A stretch of DNA of 64,000 bases from Octopus sinensis (taxonomy: Eukaryota): NCBI RefSeq assembly GCF_006345805.1, contig NC_043009.1, forward strand, positions 6,262,001 to 6,326,000, written 5' to 3'. Position numbers and translations under genes: made by a program. Shown piece by piece: positions 23,329 to 36,600 of this stretch (its first letter is position 1; every line of letters starts with the position of its first letter). The notes beneath the pieces are model-generated. The model saw only the letters and a program-made list of their open reading frames with translations, did not search any database and had not been told where the DNA came from.

Positions 23329-24079
23329 TTAGTTCTGAATATTATCATTTAGGTAGTTAAATAAGGATGTTATTAGAGCGGTGAATTGCCACGGCTTCCT
23401 ATGTATCGGGTAGATTGTCGGAACACAGAAGTTGCAGTATTTGTTCCAATTCTCTATGATCTGATTTCAAATCCCACCGAATCAACATTGACACTTCTAG
23501 TATGCGTTGAGTGGGTAAATACCTTCCAACTGTGAGCAATATCTAAGAACGTAGATCTTGTTTCCATACAGTATTTGCTCGTTTTCTTTCTATTCTGAGT
23601 TCAAATCCACCGAGGTATTCATTGGTTGTTGATTTAATTCGTCGTCCGCTTTAACACCATTACATTTCCCATGGCATGCATGTTGCTATTAATTCAGGCC
23701 AGAGCAGCAATTTGAGATATCCTTCTATTTCACGGGACCTATAAATTGTCATGAGCACTGCTTTCCTTCTTAAATATAACGTGAGAAATATCGCTTGCAT
23801 AAATTTTGAAAACTCATCGATATGTGATTTTCAAATTCATTGTCAGCTAGTGAACTTTGAATTCAAACAACTCGTAATGATCCTCAATCAACGAGCGAAC
23901 ATCAGAGAAATCGCAAGTAATGATATTGGTCCCACGGTGGGTAACATTGCTTCTCAATCTTCTGGGGTTAATGAAATAAATACGGATATCACTGAAATAA
24001 ATAAGGACATTGCCTAATTCACTTCTCTTAAAAGAGCTGGCCTTCTGCGAAAATTTGAAATTGTCTTTAATATTATTTT

Positions 24080-24130
<51 letters not shown>

Positions 24131-24671
24131 GTGTTGTAATATTATTAGCAAGGTGGCGTGCTGGCGGAATATTTAATAAGCTGGACAAACTACTTAGCAA
24201 TATTTTGTCCGCCATTAGACTTTACGTTCAAATTCTTCTGACGTCGACTTGACTTTTCATTCTTCCGAGGTCGATGAAATACGTATCAATTTTGTCCTTG
24301 GATCGCTGTAATCGGTGTAGTTGCATTGTCTCCTCTTTCAAAATTGCAGTCGATGGGGTCGACGTAATTGACTATTCCCCTTTCCACAAATTCCATACCT
24401 TGCGCCTATAGTAGAAAGGATTATTATTATTATCATTTTTTTTCCTTCTTTCAAATTTGCTTCCATTTCTTGCCGAGTGTCTTCCCGACTCCTAGGGCAA
24501 AGAACTCATAGTATACATTGGTAGGCCATTAAACCAAACTCAATAGTTCGTTAATTTTTTTTTTTTTTAAGTTAAATTAAAATACATGAACAGCAACAGT
24601 TCTCACATCGACAATGCTCTTCTCAATACGTGTGATGTAGGGATGGTAAGCCAGGGATCATTCTCATATAA

Positions 24672-24724
<53 letters not shown>

Positions 24725-24972
24725 CAAAGCATGCAATTTTTTTAAAATAGAGAGTATGCATAAATAAAATATCAAAATTCACCCGATTGTTTCAACGCTG
24801 CACCGTTTGATTTCAGATCAGAAAATTTTACAGAAATGTTTACGTATACACTAAAATGGGAAACTGAAGATTTTGTATTGTTGCAACACGAAAGGATATC
24901 AACTTCAGACATACTTGAATAATTTAATCCTGTTTAATAGAATGTTTCTACTAAGAAGTAGCAGAAACATAC

Positions 24973-25128
24973 GTTGTACAGTAAAATATATTGTCGCTCA
25001 TACACACATGCTGTTCCTAGTGGCAACTCGTATACAAGATTCTTCACTCGACCGCTTTCAAACTTTGTTTGGTACCCGGTCGAATTTTCAGCCTGTGGAT
25101 ATATACTCATTCTAATTTGTTCGCGCAA
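24973..25128 (-). CDS. Candidate internal exon of an unidentified gene
   Basis: 156-nt open phase-0/0 segment between CTCCAG| and |GTATGT encoding LREQIRMSIYPQAENSTGYQTKFESGRVKNLVYELPLGTACVYERQYILLYN. No homology was recognised. Confidence 0.25.
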
Positions 25129-26454
25129 CTGGAGTATTGATAAGAAGCTTATGCCGCATAAAACTGTGGCCAAACCCAATAATAGTAAATTGAGTTATTG
25201 AGTAACAAATATAGCCTCTGGCTTGTAAACGATTCTACAGTTAATACTTCCAAATGCACTTTGTATTGCTTATAAATAATAACAGTGAATTATGTAAACA
25301 CACAACATACAGAAAGATTAGCTGAAATGTATCGACTGCATCATTTTGCTTCTAAATAAATAAATAATTTAAATTAAGTTTACGATGGCAGAATTGTTCG
25401 AAGTTATAAACTAATATTTTATGTTTCTTCAATAATCTTAGCTAATTCTTCGTCACTTTTAGTTTTTCTTTGATCTGACCTCATCTACTTTACACACATT
25501 TAGATATTTCATCTTGCGTTTCTGTATATTTTGCTTGTTATTATTTCGTGTTATTTGATTTCGCTTAGCAACATTCATATTTTATTTGTTTACTTGTAGA
25601 CATTTTCGCTGCTACTTACTCGTCAGATATTCAGTTTTACATAATATACTGTTCTAGTTACCAAATAAACAGAAGAAAAAAAAATGATATTACCATAGTA
25701 AACTGATTGTACTAATTTCATTAACACAACATCTGTAATCTTGGTCACGACCAGAATTGTTCAAACAGCTATATCTCTTTAGGTTTTCATTTCCTATATT
25801 TTATTACCTTGTATTCAAAGCAAATAGACGTTATTATCACTACAAAGAGAATGTAATATATTCGTAAAGTAAAATCGACAAGACTTTGAGAAGTTGATAT
25901 AGAGCACTAATTAGAAAGACAGTATAATATGATTCATTAACTAAATGGATCTTATGTGATATTGCATACTGGAACTTTTGTCTGAAGTCATCGTTTTACT
26001 TTAAACAGCACAAATAATACAACTATTGGAGTGTTACTAAATACAAAACATAGACTGTGGATGGCAAATCAGCAGAGTGCCGACGTAGGGCCAATTTTTC
26101 GTCTGCAGTCTTCGTGTGTATGTTATTTTTGTTATTTAGATTCAACAGATAAGAACAGGTTCGGTTTAAATTGATTACATACATTGTATTTTTATGTTAA
26201 ATTTGTTATGATTCGTTAGGTATAAAAAAGAGTGGTGAAGAATGATGCAAAAAGTAAAATCTTTTCTAAAATTATTGGTAAAAAAAAAATCTAAATCTAT
26301 CAAACGTTCATTTATGATGATGAAATGGTTTCTCACGTAGGCGAAATACACAAGTGAAAAGTGCTATTAAAATATATGAGCTGGTAAACATTAAAATCTG
26401 GTAACTGGATGCTTTAAATTGTATACATATGTTTATATACATATATCCATATTC

Positions 26455-26638
<184 letters not shown>

Positions 26639-26639
26639 G

Positions 26640-27090
26640 GTGGCTGCCCCCTCGTTATCGAGTATCGCCATTGCACGAAGATTAATGAATAGTGTTATCG
26701 TGCAATGCCTGTGCAAGAAGAATTTTTATAAAAGGGAGGAAAGGCTGTGCACTGAGTCAATCCTACTCACTAAGCAGCCATAATCCGAAAAGAAGAACAA
26801 GTCAACATCATCGGTAACCACTGAGCCGCAGGTTTTATGTTGGAGTTATCCCAGGTACCTGAGTTACCATAGCCTAGAATGATGCCCTACCAAATGCTAG
26901 GAGTCCTTCACTCCCAATGGTTTAACCGCGCGATCGGGTATTCAGTCAGATTATTTCTATGTCCCCGCGCAAGATACAGCTTTAAGACATTTATTGGATG
27001 GCCGTTGACTCTCAAGAGTTCCTCCGCCCTTTGACGGGTTTTGTTTTTCATCCCGCAGGGTGTCTAATAAACACCCTCCTCACCAAGCAT
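26640..27090. mobile_element. Unclassified interspersed element bounded by (CATA)n on both sides
   Basis: GC-richer segment with hairpins CATTGCACGA/TCGTGCAATG and GGGTGT/ACACCC between two CATA tracts. Confidence 0.35.
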
Positions 27091-27516
27091 ACATATATAC
27101 ATACATACATGCATGCATACATACATACATACATACATACATACATACATACATACATACATTCATACATACATACATACGTACAGACAGACAGTTACAT
27201 ACATACATACATGCATATTGGTATTTGTTTAAGATTAAAGCATGTAAGGATAACTAATATTTGGTACGTATGGAATACTTTAATATTAACTGTTGGGTTA
27301 TGAGAACTGTAATTCACTCAGAATTAGTTATAATATTGGTTAATTTAAGTCCAATCGAGTTAGTTTTGTTTTGAAAGAATAGAATATAAAAGCTTTCACT
27401 TTTATATTAATAATTATGGAAGAAAGGAGGGAATATTTTCCGCACGGACTTCATAAATTTGGTCGCTATTTAGTCAAATATTTTAGGAGTTAGTTAGATG
27501 TTTACTTATTGAATTA

Positions 27517-27894
27517 ACTAGCAGTACTGCCCGGCGTTGCTCGGGTTTGTTTCGACCATTTAGATTTGGAATTTTTGAGAAGTAAAAACTTTGCGTTATC
27601 TAGCTTGTTATTCTCTTTAAGTGAACATTTTTCTGGTTGAGATACACCGATAAATGGCGACACAGCATTCAAAAATCGTGAAAAATAGGGATTTTCATAG
27701 AAAAAAAAGTACCATTGTGATGTAAATAATTTTTGGTGTTAACATGATCCGATTTGAATTTTTTTCTTCTACGGAAGTAGGAACAAGCCTTCTATCATAC
27801 TTTCAATTTTAGTCAACTTGCGCCGAGATAGTGGTAGCTGAAGGCTACCAAACCTGCCATACACAGACAACTTCTGCTTTATATAGAGAGAGAT
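27517..27894 (-). mobile_element. Non-autonomous Helitron
   Basis: Minus strand starts A|TCTCTCTCTATATAAA and ends with the GC hairpin CCCGAGCAACGCCGGG followed by CTAG|T, giving canonical TC...CTAG ends in an AT site. Confidence 0.85.
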
Positions 27895-28211
27895 TTATCA
27901 ATACTGTTTTTGTACATAGGGTAAAAGTGTTTTTTTGTGGTAGTTTAATTAATAATATTAGTGATTAATGCTTCCTGGAATTAAGATCGATTGAATGCGG
28001 TGATATCTAAGGTTTGTTTGTTCCCAAGCAACACTTATTTTAGTGCTGTTGACACAACGGGGTTGAATGGTACCGCTCAGGTGTCGAAACCATAGTTATA
28101 TCCGTGGGGTAGTTGATTGTGGAGGTATGTTGGATTGTTGGTATGGCTGTTGTTGTGCGTCTGAATAGTTTTATAAGATATCCATTTGACATACATACAT
28201 ACGTACATACA

Positions 28212-28243
<32 letters not shown>

Positions 28244-28324
28244 CATGCATGCATACATACATACATACATACATACATACATACATACATACATACATAC
28301 ATACATACATACATACATGCATAT

Positions 28325-28565
28325 AGTGGAATGCACCAGTAATGACTTCGATAAAATGTAAGCAAAACAGACGTGATAGAATGATTTGCGGTAGAGGAGA
28401 AAAACTGTGCACAGTTGTGGAAATTAGCCGACCAGTGGATGTTAGCATAAAGCTGAAGATCAGTGAAAAAGAGAACAACTATGCTGAACTATTGAGAAAT
28501 CTGCAGTTACTCAATCCAGATTGCAAGTTCATGTTTATTCCTGTAATTATTGAGGCCCTGTGATT
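28325..28565 (+). mobile_element. Restriction-like endonuclease fragment of an RLE-type non-LTR element
   Basis: KQNRRDRMI...CTVVEISRPVDVSIKLKISEKENNYAELLRNLQLLNPDCKFMFIPVIIEAL fits the PD..E..K..Y...PVIIGALG pattern. Confidence 0.7.
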
Positions 28566-29372
28566 TGTTTAGGTGCCGTAGTATGGGACGGAACTCTAAA
28601 CCAATGATAGCAAAACAAGCTCCTACACCATTCAGCAAAGTAGCAGCTTGTAATGAAAACTTTATTATATATTTTACTCTTGTTCCGTTTTAAATAGAAA
28701 GAGTTTATTTCGAAAATATGTTTCATAGGAAACATAAAATATGATTCAATATAGGTGTACATTTAATACATGAAATTAAACCTAAATGCTGTTGTGTCTG
28801 GAATTCAAATGGCATAAGCATATGGGTCATACGTAGAATATTTAACTTGTCTTCCTGATATTTTAATAAAACTTCACTGGTGATACGTAGTTCAAAATTG
28901 GTCATTAATCATGGATAAAAGTTACAAAGCAAACGATATATCTGTCAAAGTAAATTACTGCTTATATATACGGAAGCTTTTATGCATCCGTCTAAATAAA
29001 AACGAATTATGATATATGCAAAATTCCAAGCATACACACAACTACAAATCACAAGCGAACGCACGCATACACACACACACACATAGACACACACGCGCGC
29101 ACACATACACACACACAACACACACACACACACACACACACACACTCATACGCCGGGTGCTTGTTTAAATGTATGTACAATATGCGTCTCTATATATGCA
29201 TATCCGTATACAGACATGCGTACACTCAGAAACACATGGATATAAAACAGTCACATATACACACATACATATATATCCACACGCATACATACTAGCGGAC
29301 ACACACACATAGAGATGCATATGTGTGTATTATGTAGAAATACAAACGTCATAAACAAATATAATCATTTGC

Positions 29373-29428
<56 letters not shown>

Positions 29429-30536
29429 CATGCATACATATATATGAATATGCATATATAGGTATGTATGTGTAGGAGAGGGTATTTGTAATTGTGTGAT
29501 GTATGTTAATATGTCTGATAGTTCGTTGGGAGGGGGTTAAAAATCATAATCCTGGTGTGACGTAGGCAATTTTATATTGTCTAGCATTCTCTGAAGTGTC
29601 AATTCCTCAATTAGATTTTTAGCTTCCGTTGTCACTTCAATGAGAATTTCACACGACGTTAGATATCCATGAATATTTAAAAGCCTTATTCATATTCAGA
29701 ATATATATGTACGTGGATTTACGTATGCATGTATATCAATGAAAATTATACATATATCGTGTAGGTGAGTTCGTATTTATGTTTGCGTGAATTGTTCAAA
29801 TGGATGCTAATATGCATCGAGATTATATAGAATTATATTTGAACCATATTTCAGTTATTTCTTTTCTTTGTTATTTATTCTGTTAACCTCCATTAAAATG
29901 ACAATTTAAATGGTTGTATATTTATTTGAACTTTCCCCATAATAAATACGGGGGAAAAAACTGAAAGGAAAATAATTGCCAGAAAAAATATCAAAAGAAA
30001 ATCGAGTTATTAAAATATGTTTACAAAATAACGATGAAACTATTGTATGAATGTGAAATTTAGTGTATATAAAATATGTCAATTTGTCTATAGTTTAGAT
30101 TTATTTTATACATTTTGTTTAGCTTTTTGTATGTCTGCTGCTTAATTATGAAGACAGGAACGTTCAGATTTTTATGTCAAATGAGACGCTGTTTGTAATC
30201 GGATTCGGTAAATACAGCATAGCATACAACATGAAGCAATACTTCCTGTTAGTGACGTAAATAATATTACAGGGAAAATATATGAGTGTCACAGTTTTCA
30301 CTGTTTATCATATAAACATTTCTAAATAAGAAACAAGTATTATTTGATGGGATTACTCAGCAAATTATTGCAACTCATTTCTCGACACGAAAAAAAAAAA
30401 AAAACGTCTGAAATACTTTCGTAAATGGAATAATGTAGTTGATTTGTGTTGATTTTCAGTGTATGTAAAGAAAAAAGAACTTGACATTAATTTTTGATTG
30501 TTGTTGATAAAGGCAGAGGGAAATTATTATACTCTG

Positions 30537-30605
<69 letters not shown>

Positions 30606-30667
30606 AGAGAGAGAGAGAGAGGGAGAGAGATAGGGAGAGAGAGAGGGAGAGAGAGAGAGAGAGAGAG

Positions 30668-30870
30668 AGAAGGAAAATTCACGAAAAAACAAAAGACGAA
30701 GACTGCTGGTGTACAAAACAAACAGATGTATTAGTATAACGCTCAGGAATAGTAAAAGTATTTTACGTTTCGAGCCTAAGCTCTTCTACAGAAAGGGACA
30801 CACAAAAAACAAGGAGAGAAACAAATGTGTGTAGTGGCTACCGATCTATCATGGCGATCAAAAATAATAA
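30668..30870 (-). mobile_element. Solo PLE terminal-repeat fragment carrying an A6U hammerhead (30761-30794)
   Basis: Colinear with 14770-14970; reads UUU-CUGUAGA-A-GAGC(UUAG)GCUC-GAA-ACGU-A|AAA; abuts (TA)n(GA)n. Confidence 0.85.
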
Positions 30871-30989
30871 AGGTCAAAATTAATTAATCAATTAATAATT
30901 AATAATTTTACCAAGTACTTCGGTACGTTAAAAGAATAATTATCTGTAACCTTATACAAAAATTCTATAATTATAAGCATAATTATAAT

Positions 30990-31260
30990 TAGGGTTCAAC
31001 AAAATTGCTTCACCGCATACCGAAATTTAGAAATAGCAATTAAATACTATTCCAATACCATAAGATACCTGCCACACATCAATACTCCAAAGCCACGCAG
31101 ATAATGAGAAAAAATAATGCATTTCACCTGGCCCTGATCAACTATGTACGCGTTTCGAGTTGGGAGTATTGATGTCTGGGAGATATCTTTTGGTAGTGGA
31201 TAGTATTTAACTGCTATTTCTAAATTTCGGTATGTGGTGAAGCAATTTTGCTCAGCCCTA
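30990..31260. mobile_element. Foldback/MITE-like element with inverted arms of about 100 bp
   Basis: TAGGG..CAAAATTGCTTCACC.CATACCGAAATTTAGAAATAGCA.TTAAATACTAT at the left end is mirrored at the right end; flanks are TA-rich. Confidence 0.8.
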
Positions 31261-31283
31261 TATATATACATATGTATATATAT

Positions 31284-31363
<80 letters not shown>

Positions 31364-31393
31364 GTGTGTATATATATATGTGTATATATATAC

Positions 31394-31467
<74 letters not shown>

Positions 31468-31944
31468 CTATATATATATATATATATATTATATAATATT
31501 TATATACACAGATGTATTATTATTATTCTTTATAGGAATAACAAGGTGTGTTTTACCGGTACAGTATAAAGTAAATTAGGATTCAGTAAGGTATATAACA
31601 CCAGTTACTAAAATCAGAGGCGTTGCTTCACATACCACCTTAAAACTCACGATAAAGATACAGATGAGCAATGCAATGAACATATGAGAAATAGGCTTAC
31701 CTTTGCGTTGAATACATCAGTAGGTAACGTATATTTCAATACCAATTGACTTCACGCTGTGCATGACAAACATACATTGGGATCCTCAGTTGAAAATAAC
31801 ATTCTAATATCTGTTTCTAAAATATTCACTACGTTAGCTCATGTGTGTTCCTTACTTTAAACGTACCACTCCGTTTAAAAGGAACTATCGTGAACAAGAA
31901 AAATTAAATAAAGAAGTGTTATTACCGTTAATTACAGTAATATA

Positions 31945-32330
31945 TATAGGAACCACATGGTACCAGGTTTGGTTACACTGCGTGGCAACCTGAGCAAGTT
32001 TCTTCTATTGTATAGCTTCGGGTCTACCAAAGGCTTGCGAGTGGATTTGTTAGAGCGAAACTGAAAGAAGCCCGTCGTATATATATATATCTGTGTGTGT
32101 GTGTGTATGAGTGAATGTCTATGTGTGCGAGTGTTGTTTGCCTGTTTGTCTGCCAGCATCACTTGACAACCAACATCAGTGTGTTTATGCCGCCGTAACT
32201 TAGCGGTTCAGCAAAAGAGTTGATACAATAAGTACTAGGCTTACAAAGAATAAGTGATGGGGTAGACTCCTTCGACGAAATGCTATGCTCCAGCATAGCC
32301 ACAGTCAACTGACTAAAACAAGTAAAACAA
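31945..32330 (+). mobile_element. SINE family A, near full length
   Basis: Colinear with the reverse complement of 2221-2632. Confidence 0.85.
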
Positions 32331-33289
32331 TGTATATATATACAGAAAGAACGAGAAATAGATAGATAGATGCATTAAAACTGTAGACACATGACGGTAA
32401 TCTGAAGAAGGTTTGCCTCTCATAGACCAGCGACAGACTAATGAAGAATGGTAAGTATGAAACGGAAATCGTTGTATATAATAATTCCCAACAATACTAA
32501 AACATATGATAAAGGAATTCGCATTTCGGAATTAGATTTAATAGCAGGGGAGTCTTAAAATGAAGTAAATATATTTGTATATAAAACCTGTTTTCTTTGG
32601 AATAAATTTGCAGAATTTTATGCATCTCCATATTATTAAAGCGGAATGCCATTTTCAAAAGCTTTTAATATCACAGTTTAAAATTACTTCTGATAAAAAC
32701 TATTTGTGACTTTCAATATCATACTTATTTCCAAGAATGTGTTGACTTTTTTCACTGTTAAATCGTGTCCTGCTTACTTATCAGATATTAGTTTAGTTTT
32801 CAAGCACGTTATGTATTTTACCTGTTATACTTTTTGCTAATACGGTGAATCGAATAAATATTAATTGTTACTGTGAAACAATGAAGACTAATATATAAAT
32901 AGAAACTTGCATTCTGAAATAACGGGTGCAATGAGTGGAGTGGTTGCATTTCAGGACACAAGGAAACAACCGACTGAAAAGGTATCCGGTTTCAATTCAT
33001 ATTGCACTATTTAAATCAATGTGTGAGAAGGTATAAGTATACTTCACACCAGCCAGTTTCTATCATTTTCTTCAATATCACAGGTGGAATATTCTGGCTT
33101 CTATTATCTGGAATCTTTTTTATGAGTTTCTCTTTTCTCTTCTGGCATATGGCTACTTGTGCATATTTTCCAAGAGCTATTGCCAAACTGATTTAGGAAC
33201 TATTTCAACAAGATGTGAGTCATATCCGTGTTTGTAGCTAGCAAGCCTGCTTGCTGATATATAATTCCACGTCAATATATTATCGCAAA

Positions 33290-33680
33290 AGAAGGCATTT
33301 CGTCCGACTTTACGTGCTCAGCGGAAATTCCGCTGAGATCAAGTTCGCCTTTCATAATTTCGGAGTCAATAAAATAAATACCAGTTGATGACAAGGGTTA
33401 CATTAATTGACTTATCCCTCCCCCCAAAACGCTGCCCTTTTGCCGAATTTTGAAGCCAATATTTTGACAAAAGGGATAGCGACGAGCTGTCAAAATCGTT
33501 AGCACGCCGGGAAAAAAGATTTGCGGCATTTCGTCCGCCTTTACGTTCTGGGTTCAAATTCTGCCGCAATGGACTTTACCTTTCATACTTCCAAGGTCAC
33601 TGGGGTGGTGGGTGGGTTCATGTAATCAACTAAACCCGTCATCCAAAATTTGTTGGCTTGTGCCTAGATTTGAAATCAAA
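33290..33680 (+). mobile_element. Two old tandem SINE family B copies
   Basis: GGCATTTCGTCCG occurs at about 33294 and 33526; the second copy keeps the GCGACGAGCTG head and GGGTTCAAATTC B-box. Confidence 0.7.
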
Positions 33681-34322
33681 ATTTTGTTACAAAGCTATAT
33701 TCTTTTCGTTATCAACTCATTGCATTTATTGACGACGCACAAAATGCGTTTGATTTCAGAAATAAAGCTTTCTTGTTTTCATGAATGACTAATTAATTAC
33801 AACGGTAGATAGATATATAATCGCTTTCTGGACGCGAGCAGTTTTTCAATTTCAATAAGTGGAAAAGCACTTATTTCTTGAAAATAATTATTATTGGCAT
33901 TAATGTAGTTCTCATTCAAATTAGTTTATAAAATTTCCTTTAAATTATTTTCAGTAAAAATTACGGCACTCCAAATGCCATTGAGGGCGTCAATTCTAAG
34001 TTGTTATGGTTGCTTTTAGCAATACAACAGTCATCATAATAATGATCATGGTAAAAAAAATATCTTAGGCTTGTTTTGCTTACAACTGCTTCATCTAGTG
34101 CAATGAAAATGAGTGAGACATTAGTAAGTAACAATATTCAACAAAATAGGATTCCTCACGTAAACGATAAAGTGCTTGTAACAGTTAAGAATGCTAACAT
34201 ATTGGGAAGTTCTTGCTGTTGCGAATCTCGTAACAAATGAGTATCTCTCCATAACTATAGGTTTGTATGTATTTCCGGAATGTGTGTTAGTGTGAGGCTA
34301 TGCGTGAACAGACACACACACA

Positions 34323-34356
<34 letters not shown>

Positions 34357-34883
34357 TTATATAAAGATATATATATATATATATATATATTTATGCGCGT
34401 TTATGTGTGCGTGTATAAGTACCATATACATTCTATAGACATATGAAAATATATATGAATATGTGCAAACGTAGACGTTGTCTCACCAGATGTATATATA
34501 TGAATAAATATTTATACATATATGTATGTATATATGAGTGTTTATATATGTATAATATATATATAAATATATGTGAGTGTATGAGTATAAAAAGTAGGTA
34601 TGTATACATTTATATATATATATGTGTATGTATGTATGTATGTCTTTTAAGATATATATATATATGTATATATATATTATATATATATATATATATCTAT
34701 ATATAATATATATATACAGAGAGAGAGAAAGTGAAAGAAGGAGAGAGTGTATATGAACTGATAATTGGAAAAGATGAAATAGGAAGTAACAAGTAAACAT
34801 GAAGAATGATAGAGTATTATCAAGGGGAAATCTATACGGAAAAGAATTACCTCCTACATTAAATACATGTGATAGAAGAGAGA

Positions 34884-34932
<49 letters not shown>

Positions 34933-35439
34933 GGAGCGTGGGGTGGGGACAGAAATTTTAATGTAGATATACTGAGATAAAGAATCAGATTAAAGGGACT
35001 TATTGAGAAAAATGAATGATATTGAAACAACGCATTAGAAGACGGCGAAACAGATGATAGGAAACGTATATATAATAAAAATACGAACGTAATGAACACA
35101 TGGATGTTGCACATAATTGTTGAATCAGTTTTAGGAATTTCCAAGCTGCCAAAAAGGAGCCAGAATGTCGAGAACATAATGGGAATTAACCAACCATACT
35201 GGAATTAATTGCAGTCAAGCTGAAAATATTCTCTCTGTATTAATCCAGCATTACATTCTTAACCATTATATTATGCCATTAGGAGTGATTTTTTGTTTAA
35301 TTTTTTTTGGCTTGTGTTTTTCGCCCTTTTTTCGCTGTGGTTGTTGTTCTTGTTGATGTTGTTGTGGCAATGGTGGTGATGGTGCCAGTGAATAATGTTG
35401 CTACATATTTATGTTATTTTCTTAAAGATTTCCTAGATA

Positions 35440-36297
35440 TTAGTTCTTCTTCTTTTCTTCTTCTTCTTCTTCTGCTTCTTCTGCTTCTTCTTCTTCTTCT
35501 TCTTCTTCTTCTTTCTTTCTTTTCTTCCTTTTCTTCTTCTTCTTCTTCTTCTTCTTCGTCTTGTCCTTCTTCTTCTTCGTCTTCTTCGTCTTCTTCCTCT
35601 TATGCTGCGGCAGTTTCATCGTCTTCGTTTTCTTCTTCGTCCCCTCCTCCCCTCCTACCCCTCCTCTTTCCTCTCCCATCTTCCACCTCCTTCCTATCCG
35701 CTCCTTCTCCAAACCTGCTCCTCTTCCCTCACCACCACCACCGCCTCCTCACCCCCATCCTCATCCTCCCCCTCTTCCTCTTCGTTTTCTTCTTCCTCTT
35801 CTTCTTTTTCTTCTTCTTCTTCTCCCATTTTCCATCTCCTTTCTCTGTTCTCCTCCTCCTTCACCACCACCACCATCGCCACCGCCGCCATCACCACCAC
35901 TACCACCACCAACAACAACAATAACTCCTCCTCCTCATTATTCTCCTAATCTTCCTCCTCATCCCTCTTCTTCTCCTTCTTCTTCCTCTCCTCTTCCTCC
36001 TCCTCCTCACCTCTCCTACCGCCGCTGCTTATACTCGGCGTGCTTCTGTTCTCCCTCATTTGTTGCTTTGTGGAACGAGGAAGGAATCCCAACAAGTGGT
36101 AGAGCTTCTCAATGAGCAATCGCTATTGTTGCGGTAGTAGTGTTCGTGGTGGTGGCGGCGACGGTGTTTGCTGATCTGTATTCGTTATTGCTTATTGGTG
36201 GTGGTTAATAAACTTACTTGTAATACCTTAAATCCATTTCAAATCTGATAAATATCGATTAAAGTGCAAATCGAATATTATTTATTATAGCGCCATG

Positions 36298-36335
<38 letters not shown>

Positions 36336-36336
36336 A

Positions 36337-36370
<34 letters not shown>

Positions 36371-36529
36371 ACTGCTGCTGTCGGTGCTGCCGCTGTTGCT
36401 GATGATGTTGATACTACTACTACTACTACCACTACTACTAGTACTGTTTCTACTACTACTACTACAAGTATTACTACTACTAGTAGTAGTAATGCTAGTA
36501 GGTAGACGTAGTAGCAGCAGCAGCTGTAT

Positions 36530-36578
<49 letters not shown>

Positions 36579-36600
36579 TGTGTGTCATAGAAGGAGGACG
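35440..36600. repeat. Long compound trinucleotide tract (TTC, CTC, CAC, CAA, ACT, GCT, AGT)
   Basis: Directly visible; source of the poly-L/S/E/H ORFs. Confidence 0.95.

Noticed and set aside
23751-24017. ORF ending QSSGVNEINTDITEIN, resembling a bacterial chemoreceptor coiled coil
   Set aside because: The match is short, the MCP hairpin motif is absent and the context is AT-rich eukaryotic DNA; probably chance.
32425-32480. Hammerhead-like CUAAUGA...GAAAC
   Set aside because: G5 is lost and stems I and II do not pair; at most a decayed relic.
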